From Solirubrobacteraceae bacterium (GTDB lineage Bacteria; Actinomycetota; Thermoleophilia; Solirubrobacterales; Solirubrobacteraceae), in contig JBQCGU010000072.1 of the NCBI GenBank assembly GCA_051955355.1, forward strand, positions 170-64,169: DNA of 64,000 nucleotides. Reading direction: 5' to 3'. Positions 42,252-51,123 of this stretch are shown here, piece after piece (position 1 is the stretch's first letter; each line of letters starts with the position of its first letter). The notes below the pieces were generated by a model. The model was not told the DNA's origin and searched no databases. It saw only the letters and a program-made list of their open reading frames with translations. The position numbers were made by a program, and so were the translations under genes.

Positions 42252-43592
42252 CTACGGTTGAGCGAGCGCGACCTCGGCCTCGATTCCCGCCTCGGGAGTG
42301 AGCAGGATCGCACCCTCGCCGTGGGTGTATGCCTGCTCGCCATGCTGCACGACGTCCATTCCGAGCGCCTCCTCGTGCGCCGAGACGCGCAACGGCATCA
42401 GCACCCCGAGCAGCTTGAGGATGGCGAACGTGCCGGCGAATGCGTACGCCGGCGCGGCACACACGGCGATCGTCTGCCAGAGCAGCTGACTGGGATGCCC
42501 ATAGATGATGCCGTTCGACAAGCCGTTCCAAGACTGCTGGGCGAAGAAGCCGATGAACAGGACGCCGGTGAGACCCGCCAGACCGTGGGCGGCGAGCACG
42601 TCGAGCGTCTCGTCCAGACGCGTGCGCGGGCGCCACATGATCATCGCGTAGCTCGGCAGAGCAGCCAGGGCGCCGAGCCCCATCGCCCAGCCCGGGCTCA
42701 CGTAACCGGCGGCGGGGGTTATCCCCACGCAGCCGACGACGATGGCGGTTGCCGCGCCGATCGCGGTGACGCGCCCGTCGCGCAGCAGGTCGAGCACGAA
42801 CCACACCACGAGCGTGCACGCCGGTGCGAGCAGCGTGTTGACGAACGCGAGGATGCTCGGATTGCCAACCGAGTAGCCGCTGCCGCCGTTGAACCCGAAC
42901 CACCCGAACCACAGCAGGCCGGCGCCCAGCAGCGCATAGACGGCGTTGTGCGGGAGCACCGCCTGGCGGCCATAGTCCTTGCGCGCCCCGACGACGGTGG
43001 CGGCGGCAAACGCCGAGAAGCCGGACGCCATCTCGACGGGCACTCCTCCGGCAAAGTCGAGTGTGCCGTGCTGCGCGAGCCAACCCCCTCCCCACACCCA
43101 GTGGGCGAGCACGGGGTAGATGAGCACCGACCAGAGCGCCATGAAGACGAGAAACGCGCTGTAGCGCATGCGCTCGACCACCGCCCCGGAGACGAGCGCG
43201 GCGGTGATGATGCAGAACGTGGCCTCGAACGCGAAGAACAGCAGCTGCGGGATGGCGGTGTGCGGCCTTGGCGCGAAGCCGACTCCACGCAGGAAGGCGT
43301 GACCGAGACCGCCGACGAACCCGTTGCCGGTGTCGAACGCAAGCGAGTAGCCGACGGCGGCCCAGGTCACCGTCGCCACGCCGAGCGCGCCGGCGCTCAT
43401 CATGAACGTGTTGAGCGTGTTCTTGGAGCGCACCAAGCCCGCGTAGAAGAGACCGAGCGCCGGGGTCATCATCAGCACGAGCGCGGTCGCCGCGAGCATC
43501 CACGCCGTGTCGCCCGGGCTGATGTGGCTGGTCAAGGCTCCGCTCGCGGGCACGACGCTCGCCAGTCCAGAGATCGCCATCGCGTTCGTCAT
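42252..43592 (-). CDS. amtB: Ammonium transporter
   Basis: GLFYAGLV, LDFAGG, WFGWFGFNGGS, many TM segments. Confidence 0.95.
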   Translation of the reverse strand: MTNAMAISGLASVVPASGALTSHISPGDTAWMLAATALVLMMTPALGLFYAGLVRSKNTLNTFMMSAGALGVATVTWAAVGYSLAFDTGNGFVGGLGHAFLRGVGFAPRPHTAIPQLLFFAFEATFCIITAALVSGAVVERMRYSAFLVFMALWSVLIYPVLAHWVWGGGWLAQHGTLDFAGGVPVEMASGFSAFAAATVVGARKDYGRQAVLPHNAVYALLGAGLLWFGWFGFNGGSGYSVGNPSILAFVNTLLAPACTLVVWFVLDLLRDGRVTAIGAATAIVVGCVGITPAAGYVSPGWAMGLGALAALPSYAMIMWRPRTRLDETLDVLAAHGLAGLTGVLFIGFFAQQSWNGLSNGIIYGHPSQLLWQTIAVCAAPAYAFAGTFAILKLLGVLMPLRVSAHEEALGMDVVQHGEQAYTHGEGAILLTPEAGIEAEVALAQP

Positions 43593-43599
43593 CGCGGCA

Positions 43600-43953
43600 T
43601 CATGGTTTGACGGGGGTGACGGCGTCGCGGTCGGTGTCGCCGGTGCGGATGCGCACGACTTCCTCGAGCCCCACCACGAAGATCTTGCCGTCACCGACTT
43701 CTCCGGTGCGCGCGCCCTGGCAGAGGGCGTCGATCGTCGGCTGAACGAAATCCTCAGAAACGGCGATCTCGAAGCGAACCTTCTCGGCGAGCTCCATCTT
43801 CACGGTGGTGCCGCGATAGGTCTCGACGCGATCGAGCTCACCCCCGTGGCCCTGCACACGGCTCATCGACAGCCCGCGCACGTCAGCGCGATACAAGGCC
43901 TCGAGCACGTCGTTGGCCTTCTCAGGACGGATGATCGCGATGATCAGCTTCAT
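43600..43953 (-). CDS. glnK: P-II nitrogen regulator
   Basis: MKLIIAIIRP, T-loop ETYRG, RTGEVGDGKIFV, RIRTG; upstream of amtB. Confidence 0.93.
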   Translation of the reverse strand: MKLIIAIIRPEKANDVLEALYRADVRGLSMSRVQGHGGELDRVETYRGTTVKMELAEKVRFEIAVSEDFVQPTIDALCQGARTGEVGDGKIFVVGLEEVVRIRTGDTDRDAVTPVKP

Positions 43954-44119
43954 GCAGGGCATTCTGCCAGCAACCCTGCGAGCAGGGAGCGTGCGGGTCG
44001 CCGCCTCAATACACCGCACCAGCCAATTGTTCTATTGACCAGAATTTAGGCCCGCGCTAGCTTGGGATCACAAGGCGCTGTACGACCCGCGGCGCACCCG
44101 CGGCGAAAGGAGCTGCTCG

Positions 44120-45358
44120 ATGGATCCCTCAACCAAGACCCTCAGACGGTGGGTTGTATGGATGGCTCTCTTTGCCGTGCTGCTGCTCGCAACCACGGCG
44201 CTGTTCGCGGCGATCGACTCCGGGCAAGCCCGCGCAGACGGACCCGGCGAAGGCTCACCTTGGACTGTCAGCCTCGGCGACTCCTACATCTCCGGCGAGG
44301 CGGGTCGCTGGGCGGGCAACACGAACGAAAGCTCCTCAGAGGTGGATGCGCTCGGCGAAACAGCGTACTTCGACAACTCCACCGACACAGGCGAAACGAT
44401 CCCCGGGTGTCACCGCTCGAAGTCCGCCGAGGTGTACATCGGAGGGGGCGTCAGCGGGGAGAACCTCGCATGCTCTGGCGCCAAGACATACTCGTTCGCC
44501 TCCGAAGAAGGCTTCAAGCCCGGCTTGGACTTCTACGACGTCGAAGGCCACGAAGGCCAAGCGTTGATGCTCGAAAAATTCGCGCGCACGCACGACGTGA
44601 AGCTGGTGGCGATCTCCATCGGCGGCAACAACTTCAACTTCGGAGCGATCGTCCAGCGTTGCGTCGAAGACTTCCTGTTCACACCCGAATGGTGGCCTGC
44701 ATACTGCAGTGAAGAAGAAGAAGTGACCAACAACTTCACTTCAACCAATGTCGCAACCCAGAAAGCGGCGATCAAGGGTGCCATCGAAAACGCCGCCAAG
44801 GCGATGTCCAACGCCGGATATACGAGCGCGGGGTACACGATCCTCGTGCAGGACTACCCATCTCCGATCCCGCTCGGGGCAGGCTTCCGCTACGAACAGA
44901 AAGGCTATACCCGCCAGGAAGTGGGCGGCTGCGGCTTCTGGAATCACGACGCCGACGAAGCCGACACGACGATGCTTGCGACGATCGACAGCACCGTGCT
45001 CAAAGCGGCTGAAGAAGCAGGACTGGCGAACGTGAAGACGATGGACATCTCCTCGGCGTTCGACGGTCGGCGCCTGTGCGAGACCGGCGTAGGCTTGCTC
45101 GAGGAAAAGGGACTGACCTCGTGGAAACAGACGGGCGCGGTGAACGAGACCGAGTGGATCAGCCAGGTGCGCACGCTGACCACATTGTTCCCACCGTATG
45201 AGGCACAGGAAGACATGCACCCCAACTACTGGGCGCAGCTCGCGTTGCGCGACTGCCTGACTCAGGCTTACAACGGCGGGACGCCGAAGGGCGGCACTTG
45301 CTCGATCTCAGGCGAAGGGCTCAACGCAAAAGGCGAGCCGAACATGCTCTTGCACTGA
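44120..45358 (+). CDS. Secreted SGNH/GDSL hydrolase
   Basis: Signal peptide, LGDSYISGE (block I), GGNN (block III), DMHPN (block V); RBS AAGGAG. Confidence 0.88.
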   Translation: MDPSTKTLRRWVVWMALFAVLLLATTALFAAIDSGQARADGPGEGSPWTVSLGDSYISGEAGRWAGNTNESSSEVDALGETAYFDNSTDTGETIPGCHRSKSAEVYIGGGVSGENLACSGAKTYSFASEEGFKPGLDFYDVEGHEGQALMLEKFARTHDVKLVAISIGGNNFNFGAIVQRCVEDFLFTPEWWPAYCSEEEEVTNNFTSTNVATQKAAIKGAIENAAKAMSNAGYTSAGYTILVQDYPSPIPLGAGFRYEQKGYTRQEVGGCGFWNHDADEADTTMLATIDSTVLKAAEEAGLANVKTMDISSAFDGRRLCETGVGLLEEKGLTSWKQTGAVNETEWISQVRTLTTLFPPYEAQEDMHPNYWAQLALRDCLTQAYNGGTPKGGTCSISGEGLNAKGEPNMLLH

Positions 45359-45401
45359 CCGTAAGCCGTGCGGCGGGGCCGGAGGTGCCGATCGCTCCAG
45401 C

Positions 45402-45860
45402 TCAGCGCCCGAGCGTTCGGACGATCTCGCGTCCGCGCGTGCGCAGGTCGGCGAGCAGCTGGCGTATGCCGGCAAGTCCGCTTCGCAGCGGTTCGTCGCC
45501 AACCTCCACGGGCAGCATCGAGTCCTGAAGCTCCGCCAAGGTGGCGTCGGCTTTCGCGGCTCGCTCGACAGCACGCTCGATCGACCCCTTGGGCGTGGCG
45601 GACGGTGCCACCTGAGGCGCGGCGTCGAACGTCCGGCGCGGCAACCCGCAGCGCTCGGCAAACGCCGTGTGCAGACTCTTTGCCCGGCCATAGGCTGCCT
45701 GCACGGGCTGAAACAGCGTCTCTTCGAGTCGCTCGGCGGCGTGGTTGTCGAGATGCTCGTAAGCCTCACTCAGCTCAGCAAGCGCAATTCCAACCTCCTG
45801 GGCTGCGAGTGCGAGGGCATCTAGGATCTGCTGCCTGCCCTCTTCTGCGGTGTAAGTCAT
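45402..45860 (-). CDS. Hypothetical helical protein
   Basis: 152 aa MTYTAEEGRQQIL...; ATGA overlap with cupin gene. Confidence 0.7.
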   Translation of the reverse strand: MTYTAEEGRQQILDALALAAQEVGIALAELSEAYEHLDNHAAERLEETLFQPVQAAYGRAKSLHTAFAERCGLPRRTFDAAPQVAPSATPKGSIERAVERAAKADATLAELQDSMLPVEVGDEPLRSGLAGIRQLLADLRTRGREIVRTLGR

Positions 45861-46351
45861 GCTGAGGGCGGCGGTCCGTGGCGGACGACGCCGAGCTCGC
45901 TCTCGACCGCCTCCAGCCGCTCCACCGATACCCGCGGCCCCTCCGCCGGCGGCTGAAGACACGGCCAGGCGGCGGGCTCTGAGAGCGCACGCACGTAGCG
46001 CTCTATTCCAGCCGGAGTGGAGAGCATGAGCATCCGAGCCGTGTCTGACAGCACCCTGAACGAGTGAGGCGTGCCGCCGGGCGCAAACACGACCGCTCCC
46101 GTACGGCAAAGCTCGGAGCGATCCTCGACCCACACCGTCACTTCGCCATCCAGAACATAGAACGTCTCATCCTGAGGGTGCGAATGAAGCGGTGGCGAGG
46201 CACCCTTTGGGAGGACGATTTCAACCACGGCGAACCGCTCACCCGTCTGCTCGCCATCGAGCAAGACCCGCGAGAACGTGCCCAGGAACCACAGGCCCTC
46301 GGCTTCGCTGACAACCAACGGTTCCACGTCCCGACGCTCTTTGCTCTCCAC
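45857..46351 (-). CDS. Cupin domain protein
   Basis: PPLHSHPQDETFYVLDGEV, PGGTPHSF. Confidence 0.9.
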   Translation of the reverse strand: MESKERRDVEPLVVSEAEGLWFLGTFSRVLLDGEQTGERFAVVEIVLPKGASPPLHSHPQDETFYVLDGEVTVWVEDRSELCRTGAVVFAPGGTPHSFRVLSDTARMLMLSTPAGIERYVRALSEPAAWPCLQPPAEGPRVSVERLEAVESELGVVRHGPPPSA

Positions 46352-46445
46352 ACCCGCCTCCGCTCACCAGGGTATTGCACGAAAGCTACCAGTCGCCAGC
46401 CGGCAAGCCAGCCACCGGCGGCGACGAACATGCGCATCCGACCGA

Positions 46446-46547
46446 TCACCCTGGAGGCCGGACCCCCAGGGCGTACCCGATGGCAAAACCGACGCCGAAC
46501 GCGGTGAGAACCAGCGAGGCGATCGCGACTGCAGCCAAGATGCTCAT
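46446..46547 (-). CDS. 33-aa single-TM peptide MSILAAVAIASLVLTAFGVGFAIGYALGVRPPG
   Basis: GAAGGAG RBS 6 nt before ATG; entirely hydrophobic; below the ORF-track cutoff. Confidence 0.55.
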   Translation of the reverse strand: MSILAAVAIASLVLTAFGVGFAIGYALGVRPPG

Positions 46548-46776
46548 GCAACTCTCCTTCTTCGAGGCTCGGGCCTGCCGCGCCGGCGTGCCCAGAACGT
46601 TTTCAGAGCCACATCGAAGTCAAGCCCTCAGCTCCACGGAACATTTCAACGTCACATCTTCTCTAGAGGTTTTCCCGTTGCTGACTGCATATCGGCGCCA
46701 TCGTATGTAACGTTTGACGTGATGCAACCAACGCCGTCAAAGCGCAGCGCTGCAACTCGCGACCGATAGCGTCGGA

Positions 46777-47190
46777 ATGGGTCGGCGCCCATACATCGAA
46801 GGCGAGTCTTGGTGCTGCTCCGGTTGCAGGAGCAGGAGCTCTCGGTATGCCGCCTGGGAAACGCATCGCGGCGGCCCGCTGTGCGGCAATTGCATGAGTC
46901 TGGACACATACCACCAGATGCTCGCCGCAGGGCAGCCGTGCGACGGAGGGTGCGGCCGCAGAGTGATCGATCTCCGTCGGCGAGGTCAAGTCATCGTTGC
47001 CTGCTGCGCCCAATGCCGTCGTATCGCACGCGCTGGGCGGCGCAGGCAGGAAGCTGGGGTCCCTCGCACGAGGAGATGCGCGGTCTGCAAGCGCTGCTTC
47101 CGATGTGCCCGATCCAACCGTCGCTACTGCTCCGGTCGCTGCCGAGTTCGCGCCTATCGGGGCCGTGCGAACGCCACCGGTGGCAGATAG
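46777..47190 (+). CDS. Cys-rich multi zinc-finger protein
   Basis: 16 Cys in 137 aa as CxxC-type pairs; ends CAVC...YCSGRCRVRAYR; TAGCGT just upstream. Confidence 0.65.
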   Translation: MGRRPYIEGESWCCSGCRSRSSRYAAWETHRGGPLCGNCMSLDTYHQMLAAGQPCDGGCGRRVIDLRRRGQVIVACCAQCRRIARAGRRRQEAGVPRTRRCAVCKRCFRCARSNRRYCSGRCRVRAYRGRANATGGR

Positions 47191-47449
47191 CCTCCCGAGC
47201 TCAGACGCGCCGCCCCCGAGTGGCGATGCCGCGCGCATTGTGGCGGATATGACCTTTGCGGTTCTGTTGTCGTCGTCGGAGCCGCCAGCGCGACCCGACC
47301 GGGACACTCGCCCTGCTGGCCATAAGCGAGGCACGAGCCCCGCGCTGATATTTCCGCGAAAACGTGAGGACGATGAAGAGGATCGGGCCGATGACCCTAT
47401 AAACCAATCAGTGGAACCATGCGACCAGAGGCAGCTAGAGTACGGGGAT

Positions 47450-48379
47450 ATGCGGGCAAAGCCCACACGAGGCATACGCCGTTTCGGAGCTTTCTGTGCA
47501 ATCTTCGCGGTCTTCAGCTTCCCGTGTTGTACGCAAGCTGTGGCCGATTTGCCAGCGTGCGAAGCCAAGAACCCAACCATAGATAGTGTGAGAGCCGAGG
47601 GAGTGACGATGACGGGCGTAGACCTCGAAGCCCAGATCAATCCCCAAGGCAACGAAACCACCTACGAGTTCTTGAGCGTCTGGCGAGAGATGAAACCCAG
47701 GGAACGAGGAGAACCACTCGCCGCCGACTCACCGGCACAAGAAGGCCATATTGGCGCGGGTTATAGCGATGTGACGGTCAGCGCGTTCCTGTCTGGCCTG
47801 CAACCAGGCTACACCTACTGGTTTGAAGTCGTGGCGACAAGCCTCGGCAACAGCACGAGATCTACGGTGGCGGTGCCCTACTTCGACCCGAATTGGTACG
47901 ACAGCGGATACGCGGAAGGACCGCCCTACGTGCCCACCCCAGACCGCGCGGGATGCGCCAGCGAATCTGGAAACCTTGCAGCAGCAGAAACGGTGCGTAA
48001 ACAGCGATAATTATAAGCTGAAGACGCCACAGCTAACCACGCAGAAGAAGCGGCCCTGAAGCGATCTACCGAAAAACACCGAGCGGGAACTCCTCCAGCC
48101 AGCTGCAAAGTACCGGGCGTGCTGGGCAGGACGCTGAGCGTCGCTCGACGTGCGATTGTTCGTGCACACTGTCGGCTGGGACGACCGCGATGCCCAGCGC
48201 GCTACCGCGGCGCACTTATCATCACCGGACAGACCCCCCACCAAGGCAGCATGCTCCGCAATGGAGCGTTAGTGAAGCTCGTGCTCGGACCCGTCCACAA
48301 GCGCCACCATCACAGCCCGCGGGCCAAGCGCAGCCAAGCACTGACCGGGTCGGAGCGGAGCAACCGCTACTTCTCGTAG
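47450..48379 (+). pseudogene. Secreted FN3-like plus PASTA-like protein interrupted by two in-frame TAA codons
   Basis: FN3-like INPQGNETTYEF...GLQPGYTYWFEVVA; TAA at 48008 and 48014; same frame continues to CKVPGVLGRTL..ARRAIVRAHCRLG...QTP..G...V.LVLG. Confidence 0.7.
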
Positions 48380-48627
48380 TGATAGCGAGCCTGGAGCACC
48401 ACCAGATCCTCGCCGAGCACCTGGTAAACAAGCCGGTGCTCCTCATTGATGCGCCGTGACCAGGCGCCAGCGATCCCGTACTTGAGCGCCTCCGGCTTGC
48501 CGATCCCGTTCGTTGGATCACGCAGCGCATCATCGAGTAGTCGATTGATGCGCCTGACGAGCGCACGGTCAGCCCGCTGCCAGTAGGTGTAATCCTCCCA
48601 GCCCTGCGGGGTGAAGACGAGCCTCAC
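48367..48627 (-). CDS. yoeB: Txe/YoeB family toxin
   Basis: WEDYTYWQ, GIGKPEALKY, WSRRINEEHRLVY, RYHY. Confidence 0.95.
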   Translation of the reverse strand: MRLVFTPQGWEDYTYWQRADRALVRRINRLLDDALRDPTNGIGKPEALKYGIAGAWSRRINEEHRLVYQVLGEDLVVLQARYHYEK

Positions 48628-48872
48628 GCCCGGTCGAGCTGACGCTCGGCCGTGTCGCCGCGCTCCGCCGCCTCTGCGGCATCAAGCAGACGGCGCGCAT
48701 TCGCTGGCGAGCGGAACAGATAGGCGGTCTCCTGCCAGGCTGCGTAATCGTCCGCCGACATCAACACGGCGTTGCCGCGCTTGGATGTGATCTCGATTGG
48801 CGCACGATCGTCGTTGACCTGCTCGATCAACGGGAAGAGAGCCCGTCGCGCCTCGCTAGCTGTGATCGCCAC
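48624..48872 (-). CDS. yefM: Phd/YefM family antitoxin
   Basis: ITASEARRALFPLI, AVLMSADDY..WQET.YL..SPANA.RL. Confidence 0.95.
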   Translation of the reverse strand: MAITASEARRALFPLIEQVNDDRAPIEITSKRGNAVLMSADDYAAWQETAYLFRSPANARRLLDAAEAAERGDTAERQLDRA

Positions 48873-48888
48873 CGTCGTGTCCTTTCAC

Positions 48889-48912
48889 CTGGTACCAGAT
48901 ATCGTACCAGAT
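48889..48912. promoter_or_regulatory. Candidate YefM operator (paired GTAC cores, 12-bp spacing)
   Basis: CTGGTACCAG palindrome 48889-48898; GGTACC 48891 and CGTACC 48903; upstream of yefM RBS. Confidence 0.6.
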
Positions 48913-49258
48913 GGCTGGTCCAGTTGTCTGCTCGCCGAAAGACGACGACGAGATGGCCGATTCGCGATCGTCCCCCCTCCGCGCAGTAAAACCAGCATCG
49001 AGGGTGGCTCTAGACACCCACGCGATGGAGGACGGCGAAGGCCCTTCGCGCTTTGTCTCATGCAGTCGGAGGCCGACCCACCTATCGACAGCATAACAGT
49101 GGCGTCCATCTGTCGAAACAGTATCGACAACCGTCAGAATCGTTCGATCATCGCCATTCTCGCCTTGCGTCGACGCTTCCCCAGGTGCCACCTGTTGGGC
49201 TGGTACAAGAGCAGATTAGCGCTGACACGATGTAAGTTTTGTGTGCTAGAGTCTTGGC

Positions 49259-49699
49259 ATGCCTTCCGCGTCAAGCCAGAAGGCCCGTAAGGGCGACCCC
49301 TTCAGCGTTCGCTTCACGCTGCCGACCGACCGCGTGGTCGCGGAGGAGGCGAGACGTACTCACCGCTCCAAGAGCGCCGTGGTCGAGTTGCTCGCGGAGG
49401 AGGCTGTGCGCACACGGCGGTTTGCGGGAATCGGATTCCGCGGCGAGGACGCAGCGCGCCGTCCGTGGGTGGTCGGCTCCGGTCTGGACGTTTGGGAGAT
49501 CGTCCAAATGGTTGAGGACTTCGGTTCGCTCGAGCGACTCCTGGCAGAGACGCAGCTCACCGAGCGCCAGGTGCGCCTCGCGCTCGCCTATCGCGAAAGC
49601 TATCCCGACGAGGTAGCCGAGGCGATCAGGCAAAACCGCCGCACCGTCGAGGAGTGGCACGAGCTATATCCGTTCGTCGAGTTCTCCACCGCGACATAA
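49259..49699 (+). CDS. RHH plus DUF433-type antitoxin (VapB45-like)
   Basis: N-terminal SVRF..RSKSAVV; RPWVVGSGLDVWEIV; QVRLALAY..YPDE. Confidence 0.8.
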   Translation: MPSASSQKARKGDPFSVRFTLPTDRVVAEEARRTHRSKSAVVELLAEEAVRTRRFAGIGFRGEDAARRPWVVGSGLDVWEIVQMVEDFGSLERLLAETQLTERQVRLALAYRESYPDEVAEAIRQNRRTVEEWHELYPFVEFSTAT

Positions 49700-49705
49700 C
49701 CACGC

Positions 49706-50056
49706 TTGCGCCTGCTGCTCGACGCAAATCTTTCGCCAAGGGGCGTTGCTATCCCCCTGCGCGAGCGAGGCCATGACATCCTTGCGCTCGCCGAGGACTC
49801 TGTCTACGAGGGACTGCCGGATCCTCAGGTGCTCGAACTGGCCGCTGACGAGCAGCGCATTCTCATAACCCGCAACAGCCGCGACTTCGCGCCGCTTGCG
49901 CGCCAGTGGGCCGAAGCCCAAAGATCGCACGCCGGCCTGGTCCTCATATGGACCCTCGACCACAGCCAGTTCTCCCAGATAGTCACCGGTGTAGAACGCC
50001 AACTCGCACAGCGTCCGACGCAGGAGCAGTGGCAAGACATAACCGTTGCGTTCTGA
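49706..50056 (+). CDS. DUF5615/Mut7-like PIN toxin (VapC45-like)
   Basis: MRLLLDANLS, PDPQVL, RILITRNSRDF. Confidence 0.85.
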   Translation: MRLLLDANLSPRGVAIPLRERGHDILALAEDSVYEGLPDPQVLELAADEQRILITRNSRDFAPLARQWAEAQRSHAGLVLIWTLDHSQFSQIVTGVERQLAQRPTQEQWQDITVAF

Positions 50057-50195
50057 TGCCGTACAAGCGTGAAGCAGCTATGACATATTTGCCCTCTACT
50101 TGACCCGCCGGCGTCGACACACCCCACCAAGACTCGTCACTCGACGGTGGCTGATAGCCCTGCGAATCGTGCACGGAAGCCGCTTCCCTGACGAA

Positions 50196-50696
50196 TCAGC
50201 TGCTCAAGACGACACCGAACCGCTCATCGAATGCTGTGCGCTCCTCGACGGCGACGGCCTGTGCAAAACGGCTCGCCGTGACGGTGAAGCGATCGAGGAA
50301 GCCAACGCTTCCGAGCAGCACCAGGCTGTAGCTGTGCCAGCCCTGCACGAAGCCGACCTGCGCCTCCCATTCCTGGTACTCGTGTAGCGAGCCGTCGCGT
50401 GGGTGCAGGCGCAGCGATACGGTCTTGTAGCGCGCCATCAGCGCGTGGCCGCCGACCGCGTGCGGCGTTTCGCCCTCGTTGTCTGCCAGGTCGATCCCGA
50501 GCTGTTCGGCCAGCAGGTCGCTTGCGAGTACCGCATCGGCGCCAGTGTCGACCAGTCCTTCCAGCAGCGTCGTGTTCTGCTCGCCGCAGACGAGCGACAC
50601 GTACACGAACGGCCGGAACACGGGCTCGCCAAGCCGTGTGGACTGGGGGTCCTCCCGGTAGGGATAGAGCCAGGGAAGCGGCTGCGGCTCAGCCAA
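50196..50696 (-). CDS. Retropepsin-like aspartyl protease
   Basis: GLVDTGADAVL and LLGSVGFL; TTG start overlaps upstream stop by 8 nt. Confidence 0.8.
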   Translation of the reverse strand: MAEPQPLPWLYPYREDPQSTRLGEPVFRPFVYVSLVCGEQNTTLLEGLVDTGADAVLASDLLAEQLGIDLADNEGETPHAVGGHALMARYKTVSLRLHPRDGSLHEYQEWEAQVGFVQGWHSYSLVLLGSVGFLDRFTVTASRFAQAVAVEERTAFDERFGVVLSS

Positions 50697-50880
50697 GGCC
50701 GACGTGGACCGGCTCATCGGCGTACGGGACGCGACCGCGCACGGCGATGTGGTCACGGCCCTTGGCCTTTTCGAGCACCACGCGCGGGTCCTTGTCGGCG
50801 ATGACGATCTTGCCGGTGCGCGCGTCGATGGCGACGTACTTGCCCTCGTAGCCCTTGAAGTTTGTGCGAATCGGCTGCAT
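50689..50880 (-). CDS. DUF5678-like small protein
   Basis: 63 aa YEGKYVAID..GKIVIADKD...LEKA; TACACT and GAGGA upstream. Confidence 0.7.
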   Translation of the reverse strand: MQPIRTNFKGYEGKYVAIDARTGKIVIADKDPRVVLEKAKGRDHIAVRGRVPYADEPVHVGLG

Positions 50881-51123
50881 GGAAGCGATCTTCCTCAGTG
50901 TACCGGGGCCTGCGGTCGGCATCTTGGGTACTAAAAGCCTCGGAGTTCGGTGGCTTTGGGCCTGGACTTGACCTTCGGCGCGGGTCGAGCTAGACGTTCG
51001 GGTCGTCCAAGCAAACAGCGGCCCGGCGACGCGGTTCAGGCGCCGCCGAGCCTTGCGACACCAAAGGGGTGGCCTTCGGTGCCGCGCGACATACGGTATC
51101 CCCGCGAAGCTTGGGGGAAAGCT

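Noticed and set aside
46017-46024. AGTGGAGA partial match to the att core (similar AGTGGAGAC near 61005)
   Set aside because: Only 8-9 nt, one inside the cupin CDS; expected by chance, so not used as an island boundary
48913-49258. Short ORFs and TATCGACA repeats between yefM and the DUF433 gene
   Set aside because: No recognisable protein or consistent repeat period; probably promoter DNA or decayed sequence
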